A DNA stretch of 64,000 nucleotides from Octopus sinensis (lineage: Eukaryota): contig NC_042998.1 of the NCBI RefSeq assembly GCF_006345805.1, positions 40,486,001 to 40,550,000 on the forward strand. Reading direction: 5' to 3'. The notes under the pieces were generated by a model. The model saw nothing but the letters and a program-made list of their open reading frames with translations, ran no database searches and was not told the DNA's origin. A program made the position numbers and the translations under genes. Positions within the stretch are counted from its first letter, which is position 1. Each line of letters opens with the position of its first letter. Shown here piece after piece: positions 51,615-64,000 of the stretch.

Positions 51615-52509
51615 GTTTGTGTCTGTGTTTGTCCCCCCAACATCGCTTGACAATCGATGGTGGTATGTTTATGTCCCTGTAACTTAGCGGTTCGACAAAA
51701 GAGACCGATAGAATAAGTACTAGGCTTACAAAGAATAAGTCCTGGGGTCGATTTGCTCGACAAAAGGCGGTGCCCCAGCATGGCCACAGTCACATGACTG
51801 AAACAAGTAAATTAGTAGAGAATCATTTAGTATTTTCAACAGCAACCGTAAGAAACCTGCAAGGTCTAAGGGAAATAATTCTTCTTAGCTTCCCACATCA
51901 AACGTTCGGAGTAATGTCATCGTTGTCGCCATGGCAAATATCATCGTCATTATTATGAAAGTTAATCCATTTATACATCTCTGCATATTCCTCCCCGCTA
52001 CCTCCATCCCGCTACCTCCACCACTTATTCCCCCTTCCTCTTTGTTTTATGCTAAGTCACGAAAAAAAAAAAAAATCCAGCTCCAAATTATTAACCAGTT
52101 TGAAAATCATTAACCATAGATCTTTATCATTCGTATTACGGTATGGCAATTAGATTGTAAAAATGCAATAATAATATAAGAAAGCAATCAATATAAATGT
52201 ATTGAAAATATGGTTAATAATTTGCACCAAAACTAATAAAACTTTTGATAACGTGTGCGAATAAGGTGGGATGGGGGTATCTATGATTCTCATCATCATT
52301 AATTTTGATATTTTTCTCTATTTTGATATGAATTGAACAGGTTAGCATTTCTATGTCCTTCCAGATAATTCAACTCCAAAATATCTTTAACATAAAAAAG
52401 TCAGTTTCACGACATTGAGATTTCAAGTTCAGTTTTGCTGTGCAGTACTTTGAGCAAGCATTGTCTACTACAGCCTGAAGCTGACCTCAATGTCTTTTGA
52501 GTAAATTTA

Positions 52510-52774
52510 ATAAATAATAATAAATGCGCCCTTTTAAAGCCTAGCCAGGCTCATGGGCCCGGTTTCCCGGTTTCTATGGCATATGTGTTCCCCAGCTGGA
52601 CGGGACGCCAGTTCATTGCAGCGTTACTCATTTTTGCCAACTGAGTGGACTGGAGCAACATGAAATGAAGTGTTTTGCTCAAGAACACAATGTGTTGCCC
52701 GGTCCAGGAATCGAAACCCCAATCTTATGATCATGGTGCTGACACCCTAACCACTAAGCCACGCACCTCCACTC
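52510..52774 (-). mobile_element. SINE family E nested in an old family B copy, 12-bp TSD TGAGTAAATTTA
   Basis: TSD at 52498-52509 and 52775-52786. Confidence 0.9.
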
Positions 52775-53029
52775 TGAGTAAATTTAGTAGATAGAAATTC
52801 TAAGGAAGCCTGTTGAGTGTGTGTGTGTGTGTGTGTATGTATTTGTATTTATATTTGTCTTTGCTTGATAATTGATGTTGATACGTTTATGTGCTCATAA
52901 CTTAGTGGTTTAGTAAAAGAAAAATAAAATAAAAATAGAATGAGATAGATACTGAAGTATTAAACTCTTCAAGGTTACTCCAGCATGGCCACAGTCAAAT
53001 GACAGAATCAAATAAGAGAATACAAGCAT

Positions 53030-53450
53030 ATTGTTTATCAAAGATTTTGGTTGAAGTTTTTCCAACTGCTTATTCCCAACTGCTCTGAAAGTGCTGGCCT
53101 GAAATATATATGATCAAAACTCCAACAAAAGGTGCTCATTTCTACGGCTTGAAAAGAGAACATTTTGTAAGAACAACTTATTCTTATCCTGAACATTAGC
53201 TTCCACGTAGGCATCATTGTTGACAACAACCTTAGCTGGGAATGTCACATTAAAAATAAAATATATTTGTTCAGTTGCCAAGTGGTGTCCAAGAGATCTG
53301 AAAAATCCACTCAAAAGACCACCACAATGATGGGAAGATACTTCAATTAAACAAGATGGAAAAGAATGGTGCAATTAAAAAAGAACTGGAAGCACATTGT
53401 GACTAGTGATGTATAACAACATTCAATAGTCTGGTCAATTCAGTGATGTA
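53030..53450 (+). mobile_element. Old CR1/L2-group LINE RT fragment
   Basis: GIIVDNNLSWECHIK motif, otherwise degenerate. Confidence 0.6.
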
Positions 53451-54074
53451 GTGATATTTGCTCAAAGATATGTTCTTGGATTCTAAGGACTTCCTGTTCA
53501 AAGATCCAAATGTCATTCATTTCCAGTTCTTTGCTTTTGAATTTTGTCTGGCTGGCTTCATCTAGAATATTGTTGTCCTTCAAGTCTCTCTGTAACAAGT
53601 CAGACATCTGCCTTATTGTGACTACTCACCACACATTTAACTATTGCACATCTCCCACCTACACCTCTGAGGTGCCGCATCATTTGAGGTCAGCTGACTG
53701 GTTGGGGTTATGCCAGTTAGGGTGAAGCACATGTGCTCGCTCTACTCCTAATCCATCAGAAATAGCTAGGCAGGTGACTGAAACCATCTTTTTAGGCATG
53801 TCACTCCTCTGACCATATATAACCATATCTCACAGCCAACAGTTCATAATTGGTTCACTTACAGTTGCACTACTGCATTCAAAAACAAAAATAAACACAC
53901 TTGGAAATAATTACCCCAACTCTGTAATTCCTGCAAGACCAATCATGTGGAATGTGAAAATTGTCTCTGTGCATCATACTCCTCACCAATAATTCTGTCT
54001 TTTGATTGCATAAAAGTAGAGTTTTAGATAAAATTGGCTACAAATTCATTAATATCAAATTGATTAAATCTGTA

Positions 54075-54245
54075 GGTGTGTTCCAATACTATCGAACTTG
54101 TTAATGACATGACACTATTAAACCAGTTAATAATATGACACTATTGAACCAGCAAAATACTGTTGAACCTGCTAATGGCATGATGCTATTCAACCAGTTA
54201 ATGATATGACTTTTTTCAGTGAGCTAACAATGTGATACTTAAACC
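54075..54245. repeat. Degenerate about 25-bp minisatellite (atgacactattgaaccagttaat-like)
   Basis: Six to seven diverged units visible. Confidence 0.6.
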
Positions 54246-54254
54246 AGTAAATGA

Positions 54255-54425
54255 TGCCATATAACTGGTTCAATAATATTGATATTAAGCACACCTATAA
54301 ATTCACTCAATTTGATATTGTTGATTTTTCCTCCTTTATATTTAAAACGTTACTATGCAGTGCCATAGAATTTGCTAAGAACTATAAGACAATAGATTAT
54401 ACTGATGTAGATGTAATAATCCTTT
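54255..54425 (+). mobile_element. Penelope-like element RT fragment
   Basis: ORF 54251..54469 WFNNI...FTQFDIVDF....LL..AIEFAK resembles the PLE RT FDIxxFY motif region. Confidence 0.65.
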
Positions 54426-54744
54426 CTATTATAGGTACAAAACCTGAAATTTTGAGGAGGAGATGCTAGTCAATTACCAGTGCTCGGTTGGTACTTATTG
54501 ACCCTTTTGGCAGAATATGAACTCAGATGAAATGTCACTAAGCATTTTACCCTTTGTGTTAATGATACTGCCATGCAAGCTAGAAAACCCTGCTAGTCAG
54601 TAAGGACTCCACCTAAGAAAAAGACATAACATAACAGAACAGGTTCCTTTGATGTAAGAATGGGGTAATATGACAAGCCAGATATATGCAGTTTTGAGGA
54701 TTATACATCTTAGCTGTTATTACTAAGAAATTTATTGTCTTTAC

Positions 54745-55700
54745 AGAGATGATGAGCTCCGAAGAAGCGTCTTGTGCTCCACCTTTTGAGCATCTCTCTC
54801 AGCTTCTTTGAGTGAAAAGCTATGCTGTTGCCCATCAATAGCTCATCTACAGGCCTCCTCTTTCCAAGAACACTGCATTCAACACTTCTGAAACTTTAGC
54901 AGCAGTCTCCACCCTGATTTCTCTCCATATAGCCATTTGCCCCAGTCCACAGTTGACCATTGAAAAGTTCACCTTTCTCCAATAGTGCATCACATCAATG
55001 GCTAGCCTCTTCCAGTCTTCCTCTACCTGAATTTGTCCTGGTTTGTGTGTGCTCAGGGCAGGATCAATTGATTGGCACTTGTTGCAATTCCCCACTATCC
55101 TCCAAACGCTCTCCCTGGTGACATTAGGGTCAACTGTCCTAGCCAAAAACAATGTCCTGTCGACCCCCATGTGGTGTATGTTGTGCAGCCTCCTTAGTTC
55201 TGTGCCCTCCAGCTGACAAACTGCTGCTACTCCAATCAGAACATCCTCTGCTGTTTCCAACCAATGCTTTTTCATTCTAGTTAGAATGTCTGCCTTATTC
55301 TTTTCCAAGAGTACAAACATCACATGCAACTCTTGGTCGAACTTGGCATCTAGCTCCCTCAGGATTTCCAAGTGATGCTTAATCACCATTTTCATGCTTC
55401 CTTTCATGTGAATCCTCTTCTGGTTGGTGACCACTGACTCCACCCATCCTCACACTGTGGCAGAACCAGTCCAGACCTTGATGGTTTGCAGTCCCCATCT
55501 CAATGCTAGGTTGACGCCCTTCAATACAGCTACATTGATGTGGTTGTAGTCGTCTTTCTTCCTAATCCATGCTGCATATTCCACCTCAACACCTCTTATT
55601 TCCAGTATTAGTCCCAATGCAATACTGCTTGCATTGTACTACACAATCTCTTTCTTTGTATTAGGTACATACCAGCTGCCCTTCACCAGATCTTCTGCAT
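54745..55700 (-). mobile_element. Ty3/Gypsy pol fragment (RNase H, integrase zinc finger and partial core)
   Basis: ORF 54847..55443: NKADILTR (RNase H end), LHNIHHMGVDRT...CNKC (HHCC) and WKRLAIDV; continues after a frameshift as PVDELLMGNSIAF. No LTR pair seen. Confidence 0.85.
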
Positions 55701-56582
55701 GCACTCTCTTCAAGACCTCTCACATCATCACCATTATCTTCTCTCACACTTTATCACCTCAGTTCACTCCTTCTGCTTCCTTTTGACATAGCTACATGCT
55801 GTTTGGAACTGTAACAACTGTGCAAAGTGAGGTGACGAAAATGGCTCCTTAGTAAATCACACAGTCGATACAATAAATATAAAAAGAATAATGCATATAT
55901 GTGCCAGAGGGAAATAAGAGACACAACCGGGTAGAATGTTTAAAAGAAGATTTATTGATATGTTAACATGTGTGACTGTGTGTGCGACATGTGTACAGAA
56001 TAATAGACAGGCTGTCATGAGAACAAAGTGTATGTGTGTGTATAGGCATGGATGTGTGCATGTGTGTTAAGTACAGATAAGAATAGTAATGAAGAAGAAA
56101 AAACATTGAAAGAGTCTATAATGAGAAGTTAGAAGAATGTTCATAGACACAAGAATGAGAATACCAGTTTGTAGTCAATTGTATACGATTGTTGAAATAC
56201 TGTATCAAGAAGTTGCAGCGATGATGCAGAGCTGGTTGAGGTACATGTCGTATGTGAAGTTGTGGCTGTGATGCTGCTGCTTGGGTCATTTGGTACAGGC
56301 AGTGTGTAAATTTAGTATTTCTGTTACCTTGAAACTTCCTCAACATAAATGACAAGGGGTTTACTGAAAGTATGGACAGCATTGCAGAGAAGCCGTTCTG
56401 TTGGGATATACCTCTGTGATAATTATTTTAACAGTGATGATACAATCACTCCTTGCATTTAACTTCAAGATTGTAGCCCTCAATGAAATCAAGTCAGGTA
56501 TGGCTTTGGCTATGGTCTGTGGAACTTTAGGAAGCCAAAGATCTTCTAGCATTCATGAGTAGTGGACAGAGTCAAAGATTTT

Positions 56583-56773
56583 GTATCTATCTGTCTGTTT
56601 GCCTATTTATCTATCTGTCTATCTCTCTATCTATCTGTCTGTCTTCCTGCCTGTCTGCCTGCCTGCCTGTCTGCCTGCCTTCCTGCCTGTCTGCCTGCCT
56701 GCCTGCCTGCCTGTCTGCCTGTCTGCCTGCCTGCCTGTCTGCCTGTCTGTCTGTCTGCCTGTCTGTCTGCCTG

Positions 56774-56828
<55 letters not shown>

Positions 56829-56866
56829 GTCTATCTATCTGTCTGTCTGTCTGTCTGTCTGTCTAT
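56583..56866. repeat. Compound (TCTA/TCTG/CCTG)n microsatellite
   Basis: Direct reading. Confidence 0.98.
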
Positions 56867-57857
56867 AAATATATACATATATTGATTCATTGAGATTATC
56901 TACCCTTCTTATTTGGAATTGGTTGCAACTGTCACTAGGAGTTTGTTTATCTTCTCCCAAAATAAAGATAGTTTCAATTAATCAAAGACTTATCTATGTT
57001 TAAAGTCATGGCACTAGTCTTTCTGAATTATTTTCTTGCACATTTTCATTTCATTTGTGTGTGCATATGTATGTATATGATGTATGTGTGTGTATGGGTG
57101 GATTAGAGTGTTTTTCTTTGATTCTTTGCAGAATTCAAGCCAGTCATAACAAAATAACATGGCTTCTTTGCTTGAATCAAGGTTGTTCCATATATCTGCA
57201 AACAGATTAGTATAAATTAACGTGTGCAGATATGTTAGTATGTGTGGATGAACCTCCATTCCTGCAATAGTTGTATACATCACAACATACAAAAGTATAT
57301 AGCAACTTTTTGTGATTGTATGTATATCTATGTTCATCATCATCATCATTTAACGTCCGCTTTCCATGCTAGCATGGGTTTGACTGAGGTCAGGCGAACC
57401 AGACTCCAATCTGATCTGGCAGAGTTTCTACAGCTGGATGCCCTTCCTAATGCCAACCACTCCGAGAGTGTAGTGGGTGCTTTTACATGCCACCGACACG
57501 AGGGCCAGTTTGGTGGTACTGGCAATGGCCATGCCCAAATTGTGCTTTTTACGTGCCATCTGCACAGGAGCCAGTCCAGCGGCACAGGCGACAACCTTGC
57601 TCGAATGATTGCTGGAAACTCAAATGGAACTCAACTTGAAATGTTTTACAAATATTCACCACACCACTAATAGAGTGAGTTTGAAAGATGCAAATTAGTT
57701 ACCTTTGCCTTAGAAACCCTCCATGTTTCGAAGATTTTATATAAATCTGTCATTACATAACAAAATGTTCCTAACAGGGTAGTAATTCTAATTGGGAGCC
57801 AACTCAATCTGTGATGACCCATCCAACCCATACCAGCATAGAAAAAATTGATATAAA

Positions 57858-57903
<46 letters not shown>
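57858..57903. repeat. (GAT)n microsatellite; others at about 2490-2545, 14795-14821 and 60567-60601
   Basis: Direct reading. Confidence 0.95.
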
Positions 57904-58749
57904 GGAAAATGATGTTGATGATGACAAGTGTGCATGTGTGTATTTATATACAAGCAATTACTTCTATGTGAATTACTTTATATAATGTGTGTTTGAGTAA
58001 CAGAAAATAACAAAAGCACTTACAAAAAAAAACCCTTCCTTCCATCAGGCCAAAGTTTATTTGCCTGTTTTTAAAGATTTTTCAATGTGATTAATAATGT
58101 TTGGTTTACGAAAATATTTTTTCAAATATCGTGACTGTATCAACAAACTTTTCTTGCTTACAAATAATGCATTTGCTTTATATATTATATATCATATCAA
58201 ACTTACCGATTTATTAAATTATACAGCATTCTGTATATTTTGTAAAGATTTGAAAACACGCATTGAAATAGTAAATATGCACATTTTATTAAGACAAGAA
58301 GCACTTTCATATGCACACAGTGCAAGTGGATGTTTGAATTATAAGAATTTGTAAACTTGTGTTTGTAAGTTGGTAATCGTATATCTAAATGAATCAATTG
58401 CTAGGTTTTTGTAGTAATAAAGTTATATGATCCAGTATAAATTGTGTTAGATACTTGAATTATTTCTTCTAACATAGATATATGTGATGTTAAAATGTTA
58501 TTTTATTATACTACCATATAATTTGCATTTAGGATATGGTATGACTACAATGGCATTAAATTGCAGACGTATGAATGAGAAAAATGATAACTATTTATTG
58601 AATCATAAAGTAATTAGAGATTTTGGGAGTGGGGCATGTACAGAAGAGAATGTTTGGGATTTTGAATTATGTAAGAAAAGCAAAATGTCTTTAACAAAGA
58701 ATTGAAAGAATGTACTCTGAAGCTAGCTCCTATCTCCACCAAAATCTCC

Positions 58750-59500
58750 TACCCTTAAAAAAGGAAACTTGACCTTGCCAAGTACTGTTTTCTTGTACTT
58801 ACTTTTAACATCTTAAAAGGGATGGAGATGATCATAAACGATCATCTCATTCTAAACTTTGTGTGTCTCTTCTAATTCAATACAATTTCCATAAAGCCAG
58901 ATCATATACCACACACCAGTGGTATCTTTAATCATTGTGAATTTTGATTAAAGCAATAATTGCTGCTGTTAGCATCAGCAAAATTTGTCTGGGGAGTTGT
59001 CTGCTTAATGGCTTCATCTGCTTATCATCTTTTAAAAAAGAAGTTTTCTACTAGAGGACTTCTTTACAAAGAGGGATCTCTCAGTTCAAGTAATTTTCTT
59101 GTATCTTAAGGCGACTGTGTGTCTCTCCACGGTCCTTCTTTGGTACATTAATAAGCTATGTGTCATTACTTCTTTCCACACATTCTTACGTAGAAAATAT
59201 CACCCTTTACACCTCCCCTACAAAACTATCATTCACACATACACAATCTAGATACCTACTAGACACACTGCCTCTGTTTTAGCTTAGCAAATGCACCTGC
59301 CACTCCTATCATAATTCATCCTGTGTTTCAAATCCTACCTTAAGTACTTTATCCAGGTATTTTGGAATAGCATTTATCTGGAACTTGCTCGTTATTTTTG
59401 GTTTCCATGTCAAGTCCATCTACTGTTCAAGCTAAACATCAACAGCATTGATCTGATCGGTCTGAGAAGGCTTCCAAAAATCGTGGGTGCTGATCCTCCT
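58750..59500 (+). mobile_element. Very degraded Jockey/CR1-group LINE RT remnant
   Basis: Faint traces resembling EMIINDHL and QY.FHKARS; many stops and frameshifts. Confidence 0.4.
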
Positions 59501-59845
59501 CCTATGATTAATTAAAACAGATAAATAGTTCTGTTCTATTCAACATGTTATATGCTGGGTAAGTTATTGGTGAAACAGAAAACAAAATACAAATCTGTTA
59601 ATTCACTTAAGTACATTGGAACAGATATTGGCAGCTGTATTTGTGTATTGCACAAAACACATTCAAATAACGGATCACATATATTGGGAATGATTTCACT
59701 TATTAACTTCCAGATTAATATTGGATCAAATATTTCTTTCGGTTATGTGTTAGAATAAGAAGAAGGTATACATCAAACATAGCGTTATTTGTTGGAAATG
59801 TAAGCTTGAGGTGAAAACTGCAAATATTATCCAAGTGGTATATAT

Positions 59846-59908
<63 letters not shown>

Positions 59909-60567
59909 CATACATATATATATGGTTAATAGGATAGTAAGATCCTCTTTCATATACACTGGATGTACTTGAATAACATGAAGAAATCTTCATGTTATTC
60001 ATGGTGATTTTCCAGGAGCAAAAGACAAATCTTGTAGCCAAGATAACAACTTTGTGTGGAGCCAATCACTTAGTGGGAACATTGCACAGCACAAGGAAAA
60101 CATATTGGAAGTTTCTGGATATATATAGATGGTAAGGAAACTTTCTTCATATAATTATCAATATATATGTTGTATTTCTGAGGGCGTTTGCAGCATAAGA
60201 TTTCTTTCATTTAGATAAAAATAAATGAAAATAACCAGCATTTGATTGATAAGCAATGTAAAAAGACAAGTTTAGTGCAGGTAAGATTAAAAAAAAGAAA
60301 AAGTAGCTTCATATAAACCATATAAGCATTTTCATTGATCATGAGAAATGGCCTGGTCATAAAATGAAAATGAACAAAGTTTGGTTGATAAATGGGTAAT
60401 GGGAACCGAATGGTTAAAATAGAAGAATCCAAGGAAACTAGGCATGATATAAAATTCATTCCATTATTTGAATTATTGCGAATTAGAGGTTCATGGTGGA
60501 TATGACACAGGTTTAATAATAAATATTGGAGTGAAATAATTGGAGATAATAAAAGTAATAGTGATAA

Positions 60568-60601
<34 letters not shown>

Positions 60602-61352
60602 GTCATTATCCTTTTAATGTCCACTTTTGCATGCTTGCGTGGGTCAGATGGAGTTCATTTAAGGCAGATTTTTTTGCAGCAGGATGCTCTTCCTGTTATT
60701 AACCCTTGTTTGTTTTCAAACGAAGTAATATTTCTCGAAGGTCAGACACGATTTAGCAACATATTGGAAACAAGTGACACCTCTTGTATAACAGTGGCAC
60801 TCAGGTACAACGGTCACGTGGTGTCAAGATAAGGAGATAAATACACAAACTCATACACACAGCGTGAAGGAAAAATAGAGTTGTAAATAATTCCTAACTC
60901 TGTCTTTCCTTCATGCCATCCTGTACTCCTCACGGCCTTCCATTCATAGTCTACCTCACTTTCTCTTCAAAGATGGAACTAGTAACAACTATTATGTTTT
61001 GCTAAGGATTATTCATTGATCCTTCAACAAGAGAACTGCAAACTGCTATTATCTTTTACTTGGGATTTCCTTAATTCTTTGATCATGGAACTGCCAACCA
61101 CTATTATATTTCACTAAAGATGTTTCTTAATTCTTTGATGAACTGGTAACTACCAACATCCTTTATTAAGGATATTTCTTAATTCTTTTTCTCTGAAGGC
61201 AGTACAGTTTGCATATATGAAAATCTTTGTTCAATGACATATGCTCCACAAGCTCAGCTATTTTCTATAACTACTCTGCAATTAAGCTTGAATCATAAAT
61301 TACATGCTCTAAAGTGGTACCACATTTTTTGCTTGTTCATTCTCCCTTTCTA

Positions 61353-61389
<37 letters not shown>

Positions 61390-61834
61390 CATTACAGATA
61401 TAGGGTAAAGAATTATTAATTTAATAATTAATAAATTTTACCAAGTAGTTTCGGTATGGAAAAAAACCATTATCGGTAAAAACTTATACAAAAAGTTTTT
61501 CTATATATAATTATAAATATAATTAAGGGTTTAGCAATAGGTTGCTTCACCACATACCGAAAATTTAGAACTAGCAGCCAAAGACAGCTAATTCTTTTAA
61601 CTTCAAAACTTCCATGCTTTCTGAGATTTGCCAACACTACACCTGATTTCCTCCCCTCCATATACACACAAGCATGTATCTGACTCATACATTGTTCGCT
61701 TTCCAGACATTTGTACATTACTGCATATACTTTATACGCACTTTCTGACAATTTGTGGTGCACCTGAGCACTGTATACAATAATTTCATTATTATTGTTA
61801 TTATTATTTTTATGACTCCACAGGCTCTGTATAT

Positions 61835-62560
61835 AGCTAAAGGTGATGGGCCATTTGCTTTTAATGATTCTGCAAATAAAGAGGCTTGGAGATGCCATTA
61901 TGAAAGGCTGCTGAATGTGGAAAATGAATGGGAGGAGGAGAGCCTACCAAATGTTGATCCAGTGGAGGGACCAGCTACCCGAATTAATAGCACCCTGGTA
62001 GATAAAGCAATTAAGGATATGAAGTCAGGAATAGACCCCAGCCCATCAGGAATCACTGCTGAGATGCTTAAAATATCTGGTATTGTGGGTTATGGTTTAG
62101 TCACCTGTATTGTAAATCAAATAGTTTATGAAGGAGTCATACCCAAAGACTGGTGTAGAAGCACCATAGTCAACAGCTACAAAGGTAAAGGTGATGCTTT
62201 AGATAGAAATAACTACAGGGGTATCGAACTGCTGGATCAGGTGATGAAGGTTACGGAGAGATTCATAGCCCAACTAATTTGGGAGAAAGTCAGCCTAGAT
62301 GAGATGCAGTTCAGTGTTGTGCCAGGTAGAAGCACCACTGATGCTATATTTCTGGTAAGGCAACTGCAGGAGAGATACCTAGCCAAAGATAAACCTCTGT
62401 ACTTGGCTTTTGTTGACATGGAGTAAGCCTTTGACAGGGTCCCCCACTCCCTTATTTGGTGGGTGATGCAGAAACTAGGGACAGATGAGTGGTTAGTAAG
62501 AGCTGCCAGAAAGGTAAGGGAGCTCCTCTATACTGATGACCTTGCTCTCATTGCTGAATC
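61835..62560 (+). mobile_element. RTE-clade LINE reverse transcriptase fragment
   Basis: ORF 61755..62426: IPKDWCRSTIV..YKGKGD...NYRGIELL...QF...GRSTTDAIF...LAFVDME*AFD, later LYTDDL after an internal deletion. Confidence 0.95.
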
Positions 62561-62663
62561 ACAGTCCCACTGTGTAGAACCTTTGGCAAGTGTCTTGTAC
62601 TATACCCTCAGCTGACCAAAGCCTTGTGAGTGGATTTGGTAGACGGAAACTGAAAGAAGCCCA

Positions 62664-62921
<258 letters not shown>

Positions 62922-62922
<1 letters not shown>

Positions 62923-63303
62923 GTGGAGGCACAATGGCCCAATGGTTAGGGCAGTGGACCCATGGTCATAGGATCATGGTTTCATTTCCCAGATCGGCGT
63001 TGTGAGTGTTTATTGAGCAAAAACACCTAAAGCTCCATGAGGCTCTGGCAGGTGAGTGGTGAACTCTGGTGTATTCTTTCACCACAACTTTCTCTCACTC
63101 TTTTTTCCTGTTTCTGTTGAACCTGTATTTCAAAGGGCCAGCCTTGTCACACTCTGTGTCATACTGAATCTCCCTGAGAACTGTGTTAAAGGTACACGTG
63201 TCTGTGGAGTTCTCAGCCACTTGCACATTAATTTCATGAGCAGGCTGTTCTGTTGATAGGATCGGATTAACTGGAACCCTCGTCGTTGTAACTGATGGAG
63301 TGC
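62922..63303 (+). mobile_element. tRNA-derived SINE family D; related copies at about 29715-30030, 48060-48310, 44080-44270 and 8670-8840 (-)
   Basis: Head GGAGGCACAATGGCCCAATGGTTAG; shared body ccttgtcacactctgtgtcatactgaatctccctgag. Confidence 0.75.
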
Positions 63304-64000
63304 TACTATATATATATATATGTATGTATGTATATATATATGTATACACACACACACACACATACTCACAATAGGTTTCTTGATGTTTCTGGCTACCATA
63401 TCTATTCACAAGGCTTTGATTGGCCCAAATTACAGTAGAACACACTTACCATGTGATTGGTAAGCAAACTTCTCAATCAGACAGCCATGCCTGCACCTAT
63501 TACTTGATGTTACACACAGTTGTAAAATAACTCTTGACATTACCGGTCAAATGACATGTAACAGATGTGCTGTGTTGAAAATATGTGCCTTAATTTTCTG
63601 GTAATGAAACTGTGAAGTTTGAAAATTTTAAAGAGAGGAGGTAACAGTTGTAGTTGTAGAAATAGGAGGAGGAAAAGGAAGAGGAGATAAAGACATAGTA
63701 AAGTAGGAGGTGAAGGCTGAGAAGGGTATTTATTAGTTGTGGTTGTATTGGAGGAAGTTTAGTAACAATAATAAACAGCAAGAGAATGCAATAACAGTAG
63801 TAGAAGTAAAAAGTGTGAAAGGGAGGAAGAGTAATTACATATTAGATAGTGAGAACAAGTAACCAATTATGAGTATTATTAGTATAAGATTACATAAAAT
63901 TGATTATCTAAAAATACTCAGAATGAAAAAATGTAAACAGAAAATTTTATAAAAGTACGCAAAAAATATTTTGTTGCGGTTTTCCAAAATTAGATTTTAT

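Noticed and set aside
55830-56060. Possible LTR/PBS of the Gypsy fragment
   Set aside because: No second LTR copy, clear TG...CA termini or tRNA-complementary PBS could be identified.
58207-58384. Minus-strand exon-like segment (ag...G|GTAAGT)
   Set aside because: Low-complexity hydrophobic peptide with no recognisable homology and no partner exons.
59550-60530. Chain of plus-strand splice-site pairs suggesting a second gene
   Set aside because: No phase-compatible open frame. Traces such as CTKHIQITDHIYWE look more like a decayed L1/Tx1 zinc-finger region, though this is uncertain.

Overview
AT-rich eukaryotic genomic DNA, most likely from an octopus (coleoid cephalopod). This is inferred from the tRNA-derived SINE, RTE/CR1 LINE and microsatellite landscape and the mollusc-like catalase, not from a database search. 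The only host protein-coding gene I can support is a minus-strand monofunctional heme catalase (CAT). Ten coding exons were reconstructed by hand: 41897-41953, 21608-21779, 18961-19071, 16615-16745, 15492-15542, 13685-13864, 9401-9592, 7992-8144, 5762-5900 and 3212-3363. They total 1338 nt (446 codons) in one open frame; the remaining 3' exons must lie left of position 1. The promoter is CpG-rich and lies near 42.0 kb, and intron 1 is about 20 kb. The rest of the window is TE debris (several SINE families, RTE/CR1/Penelope/HERO-like LINE pieces, a DD37E Tc1, two mariners, MITEs, a Gypsy pol fragment) and microsatellites. The most notable observations are: (1) the exon 9 donor reads G|TTAAGT rather than GT, although the frame requires splicing there; (2) two distinct elements with minimal hammerhead-ribozyme folds sit in catalase introns, sense to the pre-mRNA and each with a broken catalytic core, one of them on a tRNA-headed SINE; (3) two short local 62-bp duplications at TE junctions; (4) a foldback made of two mariner 3' ends beside exon 7; (5) a roughly 20:1 sense bias and head-to-tail array of one SINE family inside the gene. 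Repeat boundaries and copy counts were read by eye and are approximate.
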